Source of the DNA: an uncultured Gammaproteobacteria bacterium | Lineage (GTDB): Bacteria > Pseudomonadota > Gammaproteobacteria > UBA9214 | NCBI GenBank assembly: GCA_963748215.1 | Contig: CAVVHS010000009.1 | Span: 160,001-224,000, forward strand | Direction of reading: 5' to 3' | Length of the DNA: 64,000 nucleotides | Part shown: piece after piece, positions 44,667 through 54,272 of the stretch | Layout of the letters: each line of letters opens with the position of its first letter | Position numbering within the stretch: position 1 is the stretch's first letter | Position numbers and translations under genes: made by a program | The notes under the pieces: generated by a model | What the model was told of the DNA's origin: nothing | What the model saw: the letters and a program-made list of their open reading frames with translations, nothing else | Databases searched by the model: none

Positions 44667-45638
44667 CTAGAACGCTTCCATCTCTACCTCCAGATAGGCG
44701 CGGCTCACATGCGGGCCTACCCTTATATCGAAACCTGCCCAGTTGCTGTATGCCGATAATGCTTCAGTGACGATAGGCTTCATCTCGTAATCTGCAATTT
44801 GCTGGTCATAGAGTTCCCGGACCTTCGATAGCAAGGTATCAAGATAAGTCCGGTAGTTCCGGGCTATCTCGACACCGCCGACACGCCCGTGTCCTGGCAG
44901 GTAGTATTTGAAGTTCTTTTCCATGATCATATCTATTGCAGCAATATTGCCAGCGAAACTCGCGTCGGCTTCCATAATGCCCAGCAGTCCGTTCCTGATC
45001 ACATCACCTGTGAACAGCGCATCCTGGCCGACAACCTCGATCATTATGTCACTGTCGGTGTGGGCGGGGCCTGTGTGGTAAACCCGGAAACGGGTATCAC
45101 CAACCTCGATGACATCACCGTCATTCACGACCCTGTCGGGGGCGATAACCTGTTTGCCACCCGCAGTTCCCCCGGTCAGTTTCTCAATCTGCGCAAGCCA
45201 GAACTCACCATCGGCGCCCTTCACCCTGTCTTTCATTGTCGGGTGCCCATAGATGATGGCATCAGGGTAGGCCCTTCTAATGCCTTCGTTACCGAGCCAG
45301 TGATCGCCATGGGCATGGGAATCAAAGACTGCAACAACGGGATTCTGTGTAATCGACCTGATCTTTCCGGTAACCATCTCACCTGCCCACGTGCTGCCGC
45401 CTGGATCGAACACAACAACACCGGCACTTGTAAGCACGATCACCGGATTGTTGCGAAAACCGTGATTGGTTTTATTCGGCAGATCAAACGGACCATAGAT
45501 GATGTAAATAGTATCTGTGACCTGGACCAATGGATAATCGATACCGCTATTGCCTTGTTCCTCTGCGACCCCGCCCGGCGTGTAGACGAACAGCAAAACC
45601 GCCAGGGTCAGAAAAGCTGTATAGATCGGTGTTTTCAT
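44667..45638 (-). CDS. Periplasmic MBL-fold hydrolase, SoxH-like
   Basis: Signal peptide, NHGFRNNP, SHAHGDHWLGN, AHTDSD, PGHG, C-terminal AYLEVEMEAF. Confidence 0.85.
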   Translation of the reverse strand: MKTPIYTAFLTLAVLLFVYTPGGVAEEQGNSGIDYPLVQVTDTIYIIYGPFDLPNKTNHGFRNNPVIVLTSAGVVVFDPGGSTWAGEMVTGKIRSITQNPVVAVFDSHAHGDHWLGNEGIRRAYPDAIIYGHPTMKDRVKGADGEFWLAQIEKLTGGTAGGKQVIAPDRVVNDGDVIEVGDTRFRVYHTGPAHTDSDIMIEVVGQDALFTGDVIRNGLLGIMEADASFAGNIAAIDMIMEKNFKYYLPGHGRVGGVEIARNYRTYLDTLLSKVRELYDQQIADYEMKPIVTEALSAYSNWAGFDIRVGPHVSRAYLEVEMEAF

Positions 45639-45925
45639 GACGGCCCTCCTCAGGCATATCAAGCCAGGCATCTCGTCTGGCATGAAACTGGAGATCCGGG
45701 CGAACTATCCTCAAATTCGTGTTGAGGTGTTTGTACTTCAGCTGACAATGGCTGAACGCTTCCACGGCCCTTTTGTGAAACACTAGCAGCAGGAGGTACT
45801 AGAATTATGTTGAAAAAATGGCGTAATTCCGGTTTTTTTATGAACTTTTAGAAACAAGAGGTTAGCAACGGACCCCTCCGGTCAATCAGATGCTGAGGGG
45901 CGCCGGAAATGCGAGGGATGCCCGA

Positions 45926-47617
45926 ATGGACGTCAACAGACAGACTCCATTTCTGGTCGAGGGCTGGCAGGTGGATCCTGCCAGCGCTGAGATGACCCGT
46001 GATGGCAAGACCATCAAGTTGGAACCCAGGGTGATGGATGTGCTGGTTTATCTGGCCAGTCGGCCCGGGCAAGTCGTATCACGAGACGAACTGGAAGCAA
46101 ACGTCTGGGTCGGAAGAGTCATAAGCTATGATGCATTAACCAGTACAGTACAGAAGCTACGCAGGGCATTCGCTGACGATGCACGGCAGCCCAGGATCAT
46201 TGAGACCCTCTCAAAGAAGGGATATCGTCTTCTGGCACCCGTCAGTTTTCCTGATGCATCGTATCAAACTGACTCATCCAGTGAAAACGTTACACATGCG
46301 CCACGATACAGCAAGCCGTGGGTACTGGCGCTCACAGTCATCACCCTGATCATAGGGCTGGCAATGCTGGCTGCAGTCATGCGGTTTGGGCCGTGGGAAA
46401 TTCCGGCAGACCTGGCCAACCAGGTGACCATGTCCAATTCCATTGCCGTCCTGCCGTTTGACAACCTGAGTGGAGATCCCGCCCAGGAGTATTTTGCCGA
46501 TGGGATGACCGATGATCTGATCACCAGGCTGGCAAGGAATCCCGGCCTTCTTGTCATTGCGCGCGACTCATCTTTCCTTTACAAGGGCCGGTCTAATGAC
46601 ATTCGTGATGTGGCCGGGAAACTCAAGGTGCACTATATCCTTCATGGCAGCATTCGGCGAGCCGGCAAACATATGTGGTTCAATGCCCGGCTGATTGATG
46701 CTGCTACGGGCAGCTATCTATGGGCGGAACGATATGAAGGTTACGTGGGCGATATTTTCGATCTGCAGGATGATGTGATCGGCAACATACTCTCTGCCCT
46801 GTCAGTCAGGGGTGATGATGAGGAGCGATCTGCTGCCCGTCTCCGGCAAACCGGTAGTCCGGAAGCTTATGAGTATTTCCTGCACGGCCGCAATCGTTTT
46901 TTTCTGTACGCCAGCAAGGATGATAATCGCAAGGCGCGTGAACTTTATCAGAAGGCAATTGAACTCGACCCCGATTACGCCGAGGCCTATGCCATGCTCG
47001 CCTGGACCTTCACCTTTGAAGCGATGAACGGCTGGAGTGAGGTGCGCGAAGATTCGCTCGCGCAAGCCCGGGCTTTGGCCATGCATGCCATTACGATCGA
47101 TAAGGAACTGCCCGTCGCCTATTTCGTAATGGGTCTCGTCTACAGGGAAAGGGGGGAGTATATGAAGGCCCTGGTGGAAGCAGAAAAAGCCATTGCCATC
47201 GATTCAAGCTATGCCAATGCGCATGTGCTGCTCGCAACACTGCTGTACTACGCAGGACGGCCGGAAGAGGGGCTGGAAAGGATAAAGGAAGCGATGAAAA
47301 TCAATCCGCATCATCCTTACAACTATCCGTTCCATCTGGGCCAGGCGTATTTCATACTCGGACGCTATCAGGAAGCGATCGAGGCACTTGAAGCAGGACT
47401 CGGAACCAACCCATCCTCGGAGCGTATGCGAGTGTGGCTGGCAGCCGCTTATGCCCAGGACGGTCGTGAAGCGGACGCGAAATGGGAAGCCGAACAGGTA
47501 TTGGCCCTGAATCCGGATTTCTCCCTGCAGCGTATCCGGCAGGCATTTCCATTCAAGGAGTCAGCAGATATTGAACGCTTTCTTGACGGCTTGCGGAAAG
47601 CCGGGATCACGCAATAG
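45926..47617 (+). CDS. Membrane-anchored regulator: CadC/OmpR-type wHTH - TM - TolB-like domain - TPR repeats
   Basis: LEPRVMDVLVYL, IETLSKKGYRL, TM ~46320-46390, SIAVLPFDNLSGD..QEYFADG, TPR-like repeats. Confidence 0.88.
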   Translation: MDVNRQTPFLVEGWQVDPASAEMTRDGKTIKLEPRVMDVLVYLASRPGQVVSRDELEANVWVGRVISYDALTSTVQKLRRAFADDARQPRIIETLSKKGYRLLAPVSFPDASYQTDSSSENVTHAPRYSKPWVLALTVITLIIGLAMLAAVMRFGPWEIPADLANQVTMSNSIAVLPFDNLSGDPAQEYFADGMTDDLITRLARNPGLLVIARDSSFLYKGRSNDIRDVAGKLKVHYILHGSIRRAGKHMWFNARLIDAATGSYLWAERYEGYVGDIFDLQDDVIGNILSALSVRGDDEERSAARLRQTGSPEAYEYFLHGRNRFFLYASKDDNRKARELYQKAIELDPDYAEAYAMLAWTFTFEAMNGWSEVREDSLAQARALAMHAITIDKELPVAYFVMGLVYRERGEYMKALVEAEKAIAIDSSYANAHVLLATLLYYAGRPEEGLERIKEAMKINPHHPYNYPFHLGQAYFILGRYQEAIEALEAGLGTNPSSERMRVWLAAAYAQDGREADAKWEAEQVLALNPDFSLQRIRQAFPFKESADIERFLDGLRKAGITQ

Positions 47618-47667
47618 GTATCTTGTTCATCGAATGTCTCAAGCCGGTTTTTATCGAGACCCTCGCT

Positions 47668-48435
47668 CTACTGTATGGCTCGGTTATAGATGTGGTTGAC
47701 AGTTTTAACGTAGTCACGCGTTTCGCGGTACGGCGGGATACCACCATAGCGATTCACAACATGTTCTCCGGCATTGTAGGCGGCGAGCGAGAGATCGAGA
47801 TCACCCTCGTAACGATCCATGAGCCAGCGCAGATATGCCATGCCGCCCCTCAGATTCTCAATGGGGTCCCATATATCATCGACCTCGAAGCGACTGGCAG
47901 TCGCAGGCATTAGCTGCATCAGGCCGCTTGCATTCTTCGAAGAGCGGGCACGCGGATTGAAGCTGGACTCTACCTCCACGACCGCAAGCAGCAGATTCGC
48001 ATCAAGCCCATAGCCGGGGGCCATCACGTTGATCCAGGCCTCGATTGTTGCGCGGTCCGGTTTCCCATGCCTCAGGGGGCAGCCGATATCCTTCGCCGGA
48101 TGCACGCTGGGCAGCAGGTCCTCAAGAATCCGCTGTGAATGGGAGTCGCCGTGCTTTGCGGCCAGGTGAAACCACCCTGCCGCCAGCGCCTTGTCCGCCG
48201 GCACCTCCTGGCCGCTGAAGCGCATCCATCCCAGGTGGTAGGCCGCCGCGTTATCGCCCTGCAGGACGGCGATACAATGCAGGTTATAGACACTTGCGTC
48301 ATCCAGGGCAGCGTGCTGACGGTATCGGGAACCTGTTGCATCATCCCCGGCCTCCACCGTACGCAGGGTACATGAAGCCCCTGCGAGGAGCAGTAAGACC
48401 AGTTTCCATGATAACCACCGTCGCTGCATAGCCAT
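47668..48435 (-). CDS. Lytic transglycosylase (SLT domain) with N-terminal Sel1-like repeat
   Basis: AVVEVESSFN, ASGLMQLMPATA, LAAYNAGE; AAYHLGWM..G Sel1-like segment; signal peptide. Confidence 0.9.
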   Translation of the reverse strand: MAMQRRWLSWKLVLLLLAGASCTLRTVEAGDDATGSRYRQHAALDDASVYNLHCIAVLQGDNAAAYHLGWMRFSGQEVPADKALAAGWFHLAAKHGDSHSQRILEDLLPSVHPAKDIGCPLRHGKPDRATIEAWINVMAPGYGLDANLLLAVVEVESSFNPRARSSKNASGLMQLMPATASRFEVDDIWDPIENLRGGMAYLRWLMDRYEGDLDLSLAAYNAGEHVVNRYGGIPPYRETRDYVKTVNHIYNRAIQ

Positions 48436-48623
48436 GCCGGTGCCGCCGATCTGCCTGAAACAATATTATTCTTCGTCTTGTTGTTCGTATATCCGGTACT
48501 TCCTGCCAACACTAGACCACAACACAGGATCACGCAATGTCGTGTGCTAACCGGCAGACGAAGGATGCTGGAGACAGGTGAATCACCTGGTTTTCTGCGT
48601 TCCGAGTACACCGGAATCCCGGA

Positions 48624-48712
48624 AATGGTACCTTCTGGCCGGTCCCCATCCTGCAGGATTGTCTTATATTAGATTTCGGTAAAAGGCGGGAGCCGACCCA
48701 TTCCGGAAGTTT
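48624..48712 (+). repeat. Cassette-boundary repeat A (~89 bp, 65-bp core 48636-48700)
   Basis: tggccggtcccc...cttatattagattt...aggcgggagccgaccca; aligns without gaps to B and C. Confidence 0.85.
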
Positions 48713-48820
48713 AGTATTTGGTTATATATATCTGTTGCTTGTATGGTTGGCCTAACAGTCAAGAAGGAAAAATTACATTCTGGCTGAATAAATAAGAATT
48801 AAATTTGCGGAGGAAACCCT

Positions 48821-48948
48821 ATGAAGAAATCACGCTTACCGGGTGCGGTGTGTATATGTATATCCGTATATTCAGTTTTTTTTTGGCGAATGCTGCGCTA
48901 GTTACAAGCAACCTTAAATATGATTGCTTGCTCGGGGAAGCGCCATGA
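48821..48948 (+). pseudogene. Truncated signal-peptide relic of a VPLPA-CTERM gene
   Basis: GGAGG RBS, MKKSRLPGAVCIC...; with one extra T in T9 (48876-48884) it reads on as LANAALVT to a TGA overlapping ATG 48945. Confidence 0.55.
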
Positions 48949-49597
48949 GATTTCAGCATTGTTGGCCGGAGATAGCCTTGTTTGTCGGCACGTTGGTCGT
49001 GTCCTCGCTTTCCAATGCTGCGCTGGTATCGCACCTGAATGGCCAGGCCGTTTACGATACCGACCTCAATATCACTTGGATGGCAGATTCGACTCTGGCG
49101 GTCAGCAATACTTTTGGTGTAAACGGTATCGGTATCACAACTGGTTCCATGGATTGGAATACAGCTCAAAGCTGGATCGGATCGATGAATGCCGCCAACT
49201 ATCTTGGCTTCAGCGACTGGCGCTTACCAACAACACTAGTGCCAGACCCGACATGTGGCGGTTTTTTCGCGAACGTCAATTGTACAGGAAGCGAATTGGG
49301 GCATCTCTTTGAAATCGAACAAGCAAGCACATCCGGCCTATTCATTACAGCCGCTGAATACTATTGGTCTGATACTGAGTGCGGGTTAAATTGCGCATAT
49401 GCCTATTTTTGGCATGGCCTTGGCGCTGGAGAGCAAGTTACATTTACGAAGGATCTTAACCCACATCCTGCCAGCTCGGTTTTAGCAGGGCTGTGCGATC
49501 CGGCGATGTCACCGTTGTCCCGGTACCCACCTCCTTCTGGCTGTTCGGCTCCGGCCTGCTGGGACTGGTCGGGGTGGCAAGGAAGAAAGCGGCTTAA
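48945..49597 (+). CDS. VPLPA-CTERM protein 1 (-1 frameshift near 49487)
   Basis: Signal ...SNAALV, YDTDLNITW, DWRLPT, ELGHLF; tail AVRSGDVTVVPVPTSFWLFGSGLLGLVGVARKKAA in shifted frame. Confidence 0.8.
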
Positions 49598-49646
49598 TGG
49601 AACCCGCCGAAACTGTCATAAGGTAGTTAGATAGGGTAATACGCCA

Positions 49647-49793
49647 ATGAAGACAAACAATCCCAGAAAGAAAAAGTCTTCCTTGATGATCTGGATTATC
49701 GCATTGGCTGCTCTGGTACTTGTGGGGATACAACTGATTCATCCGGATGGCATACGCGGACTATTGAGAGACTTCGTAATCATGTTGATGTAA
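49647..49793 (+). CDS. Small single-TM protein (48 aa)
   Basis: MKTNNPRKKKSSLMIWIIALAALVLVGIQLIHPDGIRGLLRDFVIMLM; basic N-terminus plus TM. Confidence 0.5.
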   Translation: MKTNNPRKKKSSLMIWIIALAALVLVGIQLIHPDGIRGLLRDFVIMLM

Positions 49794-49839
49794 TCAATTC
49801 TGAGGTCATTTCAAACACATAGAAAGCACTGGGAGGATA

Positions 49840-50049
49840 TTAACCCTGCTTGCAGCAGTCTAGTATCTCACGCAGAAGGAATTCAGCCATCATCTGCCCC
49901 TCCCTGTCGCGATGCTCTGAATATTGCATGACGTAGCAGCCGTCATATTTTGTATGGTTCATTGTTGCCGAGAGCAGGGTTTCGTATAGCTTCCGCTCCT
50001 CGTGGATGTTGGCCAGGATTACGCGTGTTTTCATGTAGACATTGTCCAA
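49840..50049 (-). CDS. Small hypothetical protein
   Basis: 69-aa ORF, probable ATG at 50034; no recognisable motif. Confidence 0.35.
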   Translation of the reverse strand: MDNVYMKTRVILANIHEERKLYETLLSATMNHTKYDGCYVMQYSEHRDREGQMMAEFLLREILDCCKQG

Positions 50050-50097
50050 TATCAGAAATTGCTAAAGGACGGGAACCGACCCTAATCGGAAGTACAG
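50047..50097 (+). repeat. Cassette-boundary repeat D (right half only)
   Basis: caatatcagaaattgctaaaggacgggaaccgaccct matches core positions 29-65 of A at 26/37 without gaps, then aatcggaagtacag. Confidence 0.7.
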
Positions 50098-50258
50098 CGT
50101 TTCGATCGGTTGAACTGGCAACTGAAGTCGGAAGTTCAGGAAAGCGTGAATGGGAACTCGAGCCACCAAACGCCTATTATCGGGTGGATTTTCATGAAAT
50201 AGATAAGGTAAGCTCCCCGCCCCCTATCCTTTATGCTCCCCTAAGGAGACTCCTGACG

Positions 50259-52052
50259 ATGTTGCGTAAAATTCTGCTGCCAACTATCTTTGTCATCCTA
50301 GGCTGGGGATTTTGGGTTAGTCCTGATTTCAAGACCATCGCTGCTGGAGTCTCCATCTTTTTATTCGGGATGCTGTCTCTGGAAGAGGGGTTCCAGGCGT
50401 TCGCCGGCGGCACCCTGGAGCGGATACTCAATAACACAACCGACAAGCTCTGGAAAAGCCTCAGTTTCGGTGTCATCAGCACCACCCTGATGCAGTCCAG
50501 CTCACTGGTCTCGGTAATCACCATCTCCTTCCTCAGCGCCGGCCTGCTCGATCTTGCCTCCGGGGTCGGGATCATCTTTGGTGCGAATATTGGTACCACC
50601 ACCGGTGCCTGGCTGGTCGCCGGTTTCGGTCTGAAGGTCAAGATTTCTGCCTATGCGATGCCAATGCTGGTCTTTGGTGTGCTGTTGCTGTTCCAGAAAT
50701 CCAAGAACCTGAAGGGCATCGGTTACATCCTGGTCGGCCTCGGTTTTCTGTTTCTCGGCATCCACTACATGAAAGAGGGTTTCGATGCATTCAAGGACAG
50801 CTTCGACTTGGCCAAGTTCGCTGTCGCCGGCTATCCCGGGCTGTTCCTGTTCGCCGGCATCGGCATCGCGGCAACGGTGGTGATGCAGTCCAGTCATGCC
50901 ACGCTGGTGCTGACTATTACAGCGCTTGCTGCCGGGCAGATCACTTACGATAACGCGCTCGCGCTGGCTATTGGCGCAAATGTTGGTACCACCATCACCG
51001 CCATCATCGGCTCGATGAGCGCAAACGAACAGGGCAAGCGGCTGGCTGCCGCGCACCTCATCTTCAATCTAGTTACCGGTTTGATCGCGATCGTGTTTAT
51101 CTATCAAATGATGGCGTCAGTCGAATGGATTAGCGCCCATGTCGGCATCGCCGAGGATGACTACACCTTGAAGCTGGCGGTATTCCATACCTTATTCAAC
51201 ATCATTGGCGTACTGGTGATGCTGCCGTTGATCGGCAGACTGGTCAGCCTGCTGGAAGGCCTGTTCAAACCCAAGGCCCTCCTTGTCAGCCAACCAAAAT
51301 ATCTGAACGATGCCACCATTGACTTCCCAGACACCGCGCTTGAGGCAATCCGGTTGGAGACTCTGCGGATCTGGGACCACACCATCAACATCCTGGCCGG
51401 GACTTTTGGCTTCGAGCGCGATCAGATCTGCTCTGACACCGACCTTGCGGTGGTAGCGCAGTCCCAGCGCAGACTGCCGTATTTCGATGTGGATGAGGCC
51501 TACGAACAACAGGTAAAAACACTGTACAGCGCCATCATCACTTTCATCACCCGTGCCGGATTCTCCTGGCAGGACGAGCAGTCAGGGGGCATCCACTGGT
51601 TGCGTGAAGCCAATCAGAACATGGTCGAGGCGATCAAGGCCAGCAAACACCTGCGTAAGAACCTTGTCACCGCGGTGGCATCGACAAACGAAGAACAGCG
51701 TGCGATCTACAATAATATGCGCGTTCAACTGTCACTGTTGATCCGGGAACTGGAAGAGGTTCGATCGGAGTCCGCCGATGAGTCCCCGGTGTTGTCGCTG
51801 GACCATCTGCGCCTGCTCCTGAATGATCTCTGCGAGAAATTCAACAGGCGCATGGCCGCAGCGATGACCGAAGGCCGGATATCGGGTGAGCTGGCGGTCT
51901 CGTTACTGAACGACTCCAACTACGCTCATGAGGTCTTTAGCAAGCTCGTGGAGATGGGCGAAACCCTGTTCGTAAGGCACAACCGCAGCCTCACTGATGC
52001 CGAGCATGAAGTGCTGTTGAGCGAAGACGAACTGGCCGAGCTCGAAAGCTGA
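50259..52052 (+). CDS. Na+/Pi cotransporter family protein (NptA-like with PhoU-like C-terminus)
   Basis: Two QSSS/QSSH...GANIGTT/GANVGTT repeats; AAGGAG RBS before ATG 50259. Confidence 0.92.
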   Translation: MLRKILLPTIFVILGWGFWVSPDFKTIAAGVSIFLFGMLSLEEGFQAFAGGTLERILNNTTDKLWKSLSFGVISTTLMQSSSLVSVITISFLSAGLLDLASGVGIIFGANIGTTTGAWLVAGFGLKVKISAYAMPMLVFGVLLLFQKSKNLKGIGYILVGLGFLFLGIHYMKEGFDAFKDSFDLAKFAVAGYPGLFLFAGIGIAATVVMQSSHATLVLTITALAAGQITYDNALALAIGANVGTTITAIIGSMSANEQGKRLAAAHLIFNLVTGLIAIVFIYQMMASVEWISAHVGIAEDDYTLKLAVFHTLFNIIGVLVMLPLIGRLVSLLEGLFKPKALLVSQPKYLNDATIDFPDTALEAIRLETLRIWDHTINILAGTFGFERDQICSDTDLAVVAQSQRRLPYFDVDEAYEQQVKTLYSAIITFITRAGFSWQDEQSGGIHWLREANQNMVEAIKASKHLRKNLVTAVASTNEEQRAIYNNMRVQLSLLIRELEEVRSESADESPVLSLDHLRLLLNDLCEKFNRRMAAAMTEGRISGELAVSLLNDSNYAHEVFSKLVEMGETLFVRHNRSLTDAEHEVLLSEDELAELES

Positions 52053-52108
52053 AGCGCTTGTTGCCGATAGAAAGATAGAGTGCAGAGTCATTAACCCGAG
52101 AATCCACT

Positions 52109-52357
52109 ATGAAAGAGAATAAACTCCTTACCCGCCTGGAAGGCTACCTCAACCTCAGCGCCAAACGCCGCAAGAAAAAGGCGGACGAACTAAAGGTGCT
52201 CATCGGGAAACTCAAGAAGAAGGAAAAGGCGCTGATCGCAGAGTCTCGCAAGGCCGGTAAGGGCAAGAAGCACGAAATACTGGAAAAGCGCTGCTTGGTC
52301 CTCCATGCACAACGCAAAAAAGGCCTGAAAGCACTGAAGAATATCAATAAGAAATAA
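52109..52357 (+). CDS. Small Lys-rich hypothetical protein
   Basis: 82 aa, LKKKEK..., VLHAQRKKG; directly follows the Na/Pi cotransporter. Confidence 0.7.
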   Translation: MKENKLLTRLEGYLNLSAKRRKKKADELKVLIGKLKKKEKALIAESRKAGKGKKHEILEKRCLVLHAQRKKGLKALKNINKK

Positions 52358-52586
52358 TGCGGCGATCAAGTATGGGGGCACTCTGCGTGCCGGGCCTTTA
52401 AGCGCTCCCGCGCAACATGGACTTGGATCCGTGTGGTCTAGTCTCCACCCCTGACGGGGAAACCTGCGGCTGTGCAATCGGCAACCCAGCCAATTTTTCA
52501 TCGCCTAACTGGCCCCGGTTCGCGATGAACGATTAAGAGATGGGAGCGGCAAGTATTGCATAGCTGCCTTTCGCTGGTCGCCCGTA

Positions 52587-52675
52587 TAGGTCAGGAGTTG
52601 GCCGGTTCCAGTCCTACACGAGACGCTTATATAAGATTTTATTAAAAGGCGGGAGTCGACCCAACTGAGATATTC
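52587..52675 (+). repeat. Cassette-boundary repeat B (65-bp core 52599-52663)
   Basis: tggccggttccagtcc...cttatataagatttt...aggcgggagtcgaccca. Confidence 0.85.
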
Positions 52676-52864
52676 ACGCGCATACAACTCAGACTAAACT
52701 CATACTCTGCAAGAAAAGCCTGTATTAGTGATTTACAAACAGACACGTCATTCCTTGATCAGCATCAGTTACCCCGATCTCCGTAGCTGCTATATACAAC
52801 ACAACTAGTCAAACCAGACCAATATTAGAAGATTGGAAATAATCAGAGTTTAAAGAGGAGCATC

Positions 52865-52935
52865 ATGAAGAAAAAACGCGTCTTTTAAGAGCTTTCAGCG
52901 CCTGTTTGTTTGCTCTCGTTACAGGAGGCAAGTAA
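52865..52935 (+). pseudogene. Second truncated signal-peptide relic
   Basis: GAGGAG RBS; with one extra A in A6 (52871-52876) it reads MKKKTRLLRAFSACLFALVTGGK*, ending 2 nt before ATG 52938. Confidence 0.5.
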
Positions 52936-52937
52936 AG

Positions 52938-53615
52938 ATGGAAAGATCACGCAAAAATGGCTATCTATTTGTTGTTCTTTCAGCTCTCTTCACGTCATCG
53001 GCACACGCGGCTGTAGTGGTATATACAGATCGAGTAGCTTGGGAGACAGCCGTATTGGCGCTTCCTAGTGGACATATTCATGGTGACGTTAACTTTGAAG
53101 GAGATCCGCCTCGTGGTTTGTCTACCGGCGCAAACGCATTAAATCTACATTTCTTAACTATTGATATTGCCGGCGATCCTGGATTTAACGCAATAGACAA
53201 CTCTGTCACACCTGATCCATTTTCGGATGTCTTGTCTCCAAACGGTTCGACGTATTATCTAGGTCATGTTGGACAAAGTGCACCATTACCTTCGCTAATC
53301 TTTATCGATCTGGAGAATTCTGTTCCAGCCTTCGCTGCTGACTGGGTTGTAGCAGGTAGCTTGTCTATTCAAATCGGAGGAACAACCGTATCGTTTGCAG
53401 ATCACTTACCGACGGGTAATGGCTTTCTTGGGTTTGTTACCGATCTGATGCCTCCCGAGGCTGCATTAATTGCAAACTTGTCTAGCTCTGGCGAAGCGTT
53501 TTTTGGCATGGATGAAGTTCTCATTGTCGGCGTACCTATACCCGCCGCTATATGGCTCTTCGGCTCCGGCCTGCTCGGGTTGTTTGGGATGGCTAGGCGG
53601 AGGAAGCAGTCATGA
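52938..53615 (+). CDS. VPLPA-CTERM protein 2
   Basis: Signal peptide ...SAHA; C-terminal VPIPAAIWLFGSGLLGLFGMARRRK. Confidence 0.9.
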   Translation: MERSRKNGYLFVVLSALFTSSAHAAVVVYTDRVAWETAVLALPSGHIHGDVNFEGDPPRGLSTGANALNLHFLTIDIAGDPGFNAIDNSVTPDPFSDVLSPNGSTYYLGHVGQSAPLPSLIFIDLENSVPAFAADWVVAGSLSIQIGGTTVSFADHLPTGNGFLGFVTDLMPPEAALIANLSSSGEAFFGMDEVLIVGVPIPAAIWLFGSGLLGLFGMARRRKQS

Positions 53616-54217
53616 AATCACGTCTGATCGGTGCGGTGTGCGCTGGCTTTTTTTCCCTTATTACAACTTCATCGAATGCGGCGCTCGTCGACAACGGCGG
53701 CGGGTTGATTTACGACACTGTGCTGGATATTACCTGGTCGCAGCCAGATGCCTTAAGAACCTGGGATGAAGCGAATACTTGGGCAGCAGGACTGACGCTT
53801 GGCGGGGTCAGCGGCTGGCGGCTGCCCTACATCAGTGTGGCGGCCGGAGTGGGGCCTACTAATACCTTCGTAAACTGCAACTCGGCGAGCGAGCTTGCCT
53901 GTCGTGACAACGAGCTGGGGTATATGTTCTGGCAAAACACCGACGGCACGGGCATCAGTCCCCTGTTTCCGACTATCTCTGGGACCTTCTATTGGTACGG
54001 TACTCTGTTTAGTTCCGAGGATGCATGGATATTCTTCTTCGGTATCGACGTCGGAGGAGGTGGTACCGGCGAGGCGGCCACCGACAGCATCCTCAACACT
54101 ACCAACCTCACCTGGGCTGTTCATGCTGGCAATGTGGTACCGGTACCGGCTGCGGTCTGGTTGTTCGGCTCTGGCCTGCTAGGGCTGATTGGGATAGCCA
54201 GGAAGAAAACAACGTAA
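53612..54217 (+). CDS. VPLPA-CTERM protein 3 (paralogue of protein 1)
   Basis: MKSRLIGAVC signal, YDTVLDITW, GWRLP, ELGYMF, WAVHAGNVVPVPAAVWLFGSGLLGLIGIARKK. Confidence 0.9.
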   Translation: MKSRLIGAVCAGFFSLITTSSNAALVDNGGGLIYDTVLDITWSQPDALRTWDEANTWAAGLTLGGVSGWRLPYISVAAGVGPTNTFVNCNSASELACRDNELGYMFWQNTDGTGISPLFPTISGTFYWYGTLFSSEDAWIFFFGIDVGGGGTGEAATDSILNTTNLTWAVHAGNVVPVPAAVWLFGSGLLGLIGIARKKTT

Positions 54218-54272
54218 CTAGCCACATAAGGATCAGTCGGGCTGAGATAATTAGAGCTACGGAGACAGTCCC

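Noticed and set aside
49950-50258. N-terminal extension of the Na/Pi cotransporter
   Set aside because: Runs through repeat D and non-coding DNA; the RBS supports ATG 50259
52545-52568. Additional short boundary units (also 50116-50139)
   Set aside because: Similarity to the consensus is too weak to count as copies without a model-based search
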